A model generated the notes under the pieces. It was not told the origin of the DNA and did no database searches. It worked only from the letters and a program-made list of their open reading frames with translations. Shown here in pieces: positions 62,334 through 64,000 of a stretch of DNA of 64,000 nt; the stretch's first letter is position 1, and each line of letters opens with the position of its first letter. The translations under genes and the position numbers were made by a program. Location: assembly GCA_000004985.1 (NCBI GenBank), contig GG738887.1. The stretch is one strand, 5' to 3'. The DNA is from Naegleria gruberi (lineage: Eukaryota).

Positions 62334-63925
62334 AAAAAATAGAAAGCAAATTAAATGGATATAAGAAGAATCTTGCAGATCAACAGAAAGAGCAGGATGA
62401 TATTTACATAGTAGGATCCTTATCAATTCTACTCCATGATCCAAACGAAACAGACTGTGATTGGTTTATTGAACCAGTTTCTGATAATCCAACATTCTTT
62501 GATGATCTATGTCACAGACTTTCGACTTATTTCAAACCAATCAAGGAAGAATATCACAAATCCGTTCCTCTATTTAGAATTTATTTACAAGAAAGGGATT
62601 TGAGATTTTTAGAATTGATAGATTTGACCAATGGAGATACTGGGTTCAGAAAAAAGCATCACATGAGATTATATTTAGCACAACAGCCGAAACTCTTGCT
62701 TATTCTCAGAATTTTATTCGATATTATCAAAAAGATTTGTGCTTTCCATGTTAAAACTTTCCAACTCACTTGGGAAGTTGTGGATTTTTGCATTTTGAGA
62801 AATTACATTCACAGGGAAAGACCACCAACGAGAAAGGAGTCAGTGGACCAGGAGAAACAGTTCTCAGACTCTTCTTTTATGAAATCAGTTCTTTCTAAAT
62901 GTTTGGAATCTGAAAATTTTGAAAAGGAATCCGAACTAATCATTGATTTTATGAAATTTTTCAAATTGAAAAATAACATGGAATTTCCAGATAATCTTGA
63001 CGATTCAAAATCCTATTCAGCTACCAGTGATGAAAGAAAACTTGAATATGCTCATGATTTGATTCAAACATGTCTTATCAACTTGCACCTTTATAGAGAT
63101 TTCACCAAGGCAATTTTGCCAACACAAGTAATTCAAAAAACATTTGAGGAATTTAAGAATGTTGATGCTAAACCTGTTTTCAGAGCTGAATCTAGAGATT
63201 TTGTGGATGGCTCTGTATTGACACTTTTTAAAGGAGATTCAGGAGAAAGTCCAATTAATTTCACATTTTACAAAGGTCATGTTCATGCTCAACATGCCAA
63301 ACTTCCAATCCATAGGCCTTCTTTAGAAAAATACAATCCAGAATCTAATAACTTGATATCGCCTATGTATGATCAAAAGCTTTCTAGTCAATTAACTAAA
63401 ATGGAAGATAAACCAGAGAATTACGTGTTTATTATTAGATTTGGAGTTTACTATTTGGTGAATATGCAAAAATCAATCTTCTCTGAAATTACCAAGCCAG
63501 AAAATTCATCTGTGTTTAATGAATGTATGAGAAAGAAAGCAAAAGTAGTGAAAGGTCCCTCAGCAGACTCATTTGCTACTGGTGTCAGTGAAAACGTTGT
63601 GCCTTTCCTTCGTCCAACCGATTCTCCTGCAAGAATGACTGAATATTCAGTCAGTTTTTACAAGAATGTCAATAACAAATCAACTGAATTCAAAGTGAGA
63701 TTGGACGAAAATATGAAATTGAAAACCAAAGTAATTAGTGGTCAATTGAGAGTAATTTCACATACTTTTATTGGTAAAAACAATGATATGAGATTCTACA
63801 TTAATCACTTGCAATATTTGGATGTAAATAATGAAATTTCAGAACTAGTTGACAAATTGGACAAGAAAGGATGGTTAATCAAACAAGGAGCCAATGACAC
63901 AGAAATAGTTTTAACAAGAAACTAG
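62306..63925 (+). CDS. Hypothetical protein, last ORF of the run (539 codons)
   Basis: The frame is open from 62279. The first in-frame ATG lies about 360 nt downstream of the frame opening, which implies a join to the upstream ORF. One candidate is donor GTCTAA at 62284 to acceptor cttgcag at 62378. Confidence 0.4.
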   Translation: MAKFRLDQLEKIESKLNGYKKNLADQQKEQDDIYIVGSLSILLHDPNETDCDWFIEPVSDNPTFFDDLCHRLSTYFKPIKEEYHKSVPLFRIYLQERDLRFLELIDLTNGDTGFRKKHHMRLYLAQQPKLLLILRILFDIIKKICAFHVKTFQLTWEVVDFCILRNYIHRERPPTRKESVDQEKQFSDSSFMKSVLSKCLESENFEKESELIIDFMKFFKLKNNMEFPDNLDDSKSYSATSDERKLEYAHDLIQTCLINLHLYRDFTKAILPTQVIQKTFEEFKNVDAKPVFRAESRDFVDGSVLTLFKGDSGESPINFTFYKGHVHAQHAKLPIHRPSLEKYNPESNNLISPMYDQKLSSQLTKMEDKPENYVFIIRFGVYYLVNMQKSIFSEITKPENSSVFNECMRKKAKVVKGPSADSFATGVSENVVPFLRPTDSPARMTEYSVSFYKNVNNKSTEFKVRLDENMKLKTKVISGQLRVISHTFIGKNNDMRFYINHLQYLDVNNEISELVDKLDKKGWLIKQGANDTEIVLTRN

Positions 63926-64000
63926 AATTAATCAAAACTATTCGAATGGAAGAAAGAGAAACCTATCCAATCCACATTAATGGAGAATTCATGGAATTGG

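Noticed and set aside
62175-62386. A 212-nt or 107-nt intron (donor GTTTCT at 62175) joining the second and third ORFs of the 60-64 kb gene
   Set aside because: It would remove sequence with good coding character and would be much longer and more GC-rich than any verified intron in the window. The shorter GTCTAA..cttgcag option or a frameshift seems more plausible.
1-64000. A prokaryotic or operon interpretation of the window
   Set aside because: Conserved domains are split by in-frame GT..AG introns (C2, kinase, striatin, SPATA20). Start codons lie in A-runs without Shine-Dalgarno spacing. The gene set is eukaryotic (Rrp6, RPA1, striatin, F-box, SAM/PX/C2).
1-64000. tRNA, rRNA, CRISPR or transposable element features
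   Set aside because: I found no T-loop-like GGTTCGA(A/T)TCC in cloverleaf context. There are no long direct repeats with spacers. There are no LTR or TIR pairs and no reverse-transcriptase, integrase or transposase-like ORFs. The only large repeat is the EPDR gene duplication.

Overview
This 64-kb window reads as a gene-dense eukaryotic nuclear segment rather than a prokaryotic one. It is AT-rich, ATG codons sit directly after A-runs, introns are GT..AG and very short (about 38-107 nt, mostly 41-56), and coding poly-N/Q/T tracts are common. The gene content points to a dictyostelid-like amoebozoan: a leucine-rich-repeat (LRR) dual-specificity phosphatase of the MPL type, a terpene synthase, striatin, ependymin-like secreted proteins, RGS signalling and many F-box proteins. 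I did not name a species. I resolve about 36 protein-coding genes on both strands, many with 2-5 exons, and derived exon junctions by hand from splice motifs and reading-frame continuity. Coordinates are best estimates and may be off by a base or so; confidence is lower for inferred first exons. Secure calls are exosome 3'-5' exonuclease Rrp6, replication protein A 70 kDa, striatin, a fatty-acid-amide-hydrolase-type amidase, a class I terpene synthase, a SPATA20-like thioredoxin-fold protein and an MPL-type LRR phosphatase. Domain-based calls are an Rnl1-like ATP-dependent RNA ligase, a DNA polymerase alpha B-subunit-like gene, a protein prenyltransferase alpha subunit, a C2-domain protein kinase, two different fusions of permuted NlpC/P60 (LRAT-like) domains, a membrane metallophosphoesterase, a clan GH-A glycoside hydrolase, and F-box/LRR and F-box/SPRY proteins. 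No rRNA, tRNA, CRISPR or transposon signatures were found. The main items for follow-up are (1) a tandem pair of a bacterial-type periplasmic solute-binding (PBPb) protein and a two-pass membrane receptor with a Cache-like ectodomain, PAS and RGS output; (2) the RNA ligase; (3) a compositionally distinct 4-kb island carrying DUF4116 and DUF4214 genes; (4) a near-identical inverted duplication of an ependymin-like gene with its promoter; (5) E2F-type sites just upstream of two replication genes; and (6) a 3.7-kb run of three same-strand ORFs overlapping in different frames.
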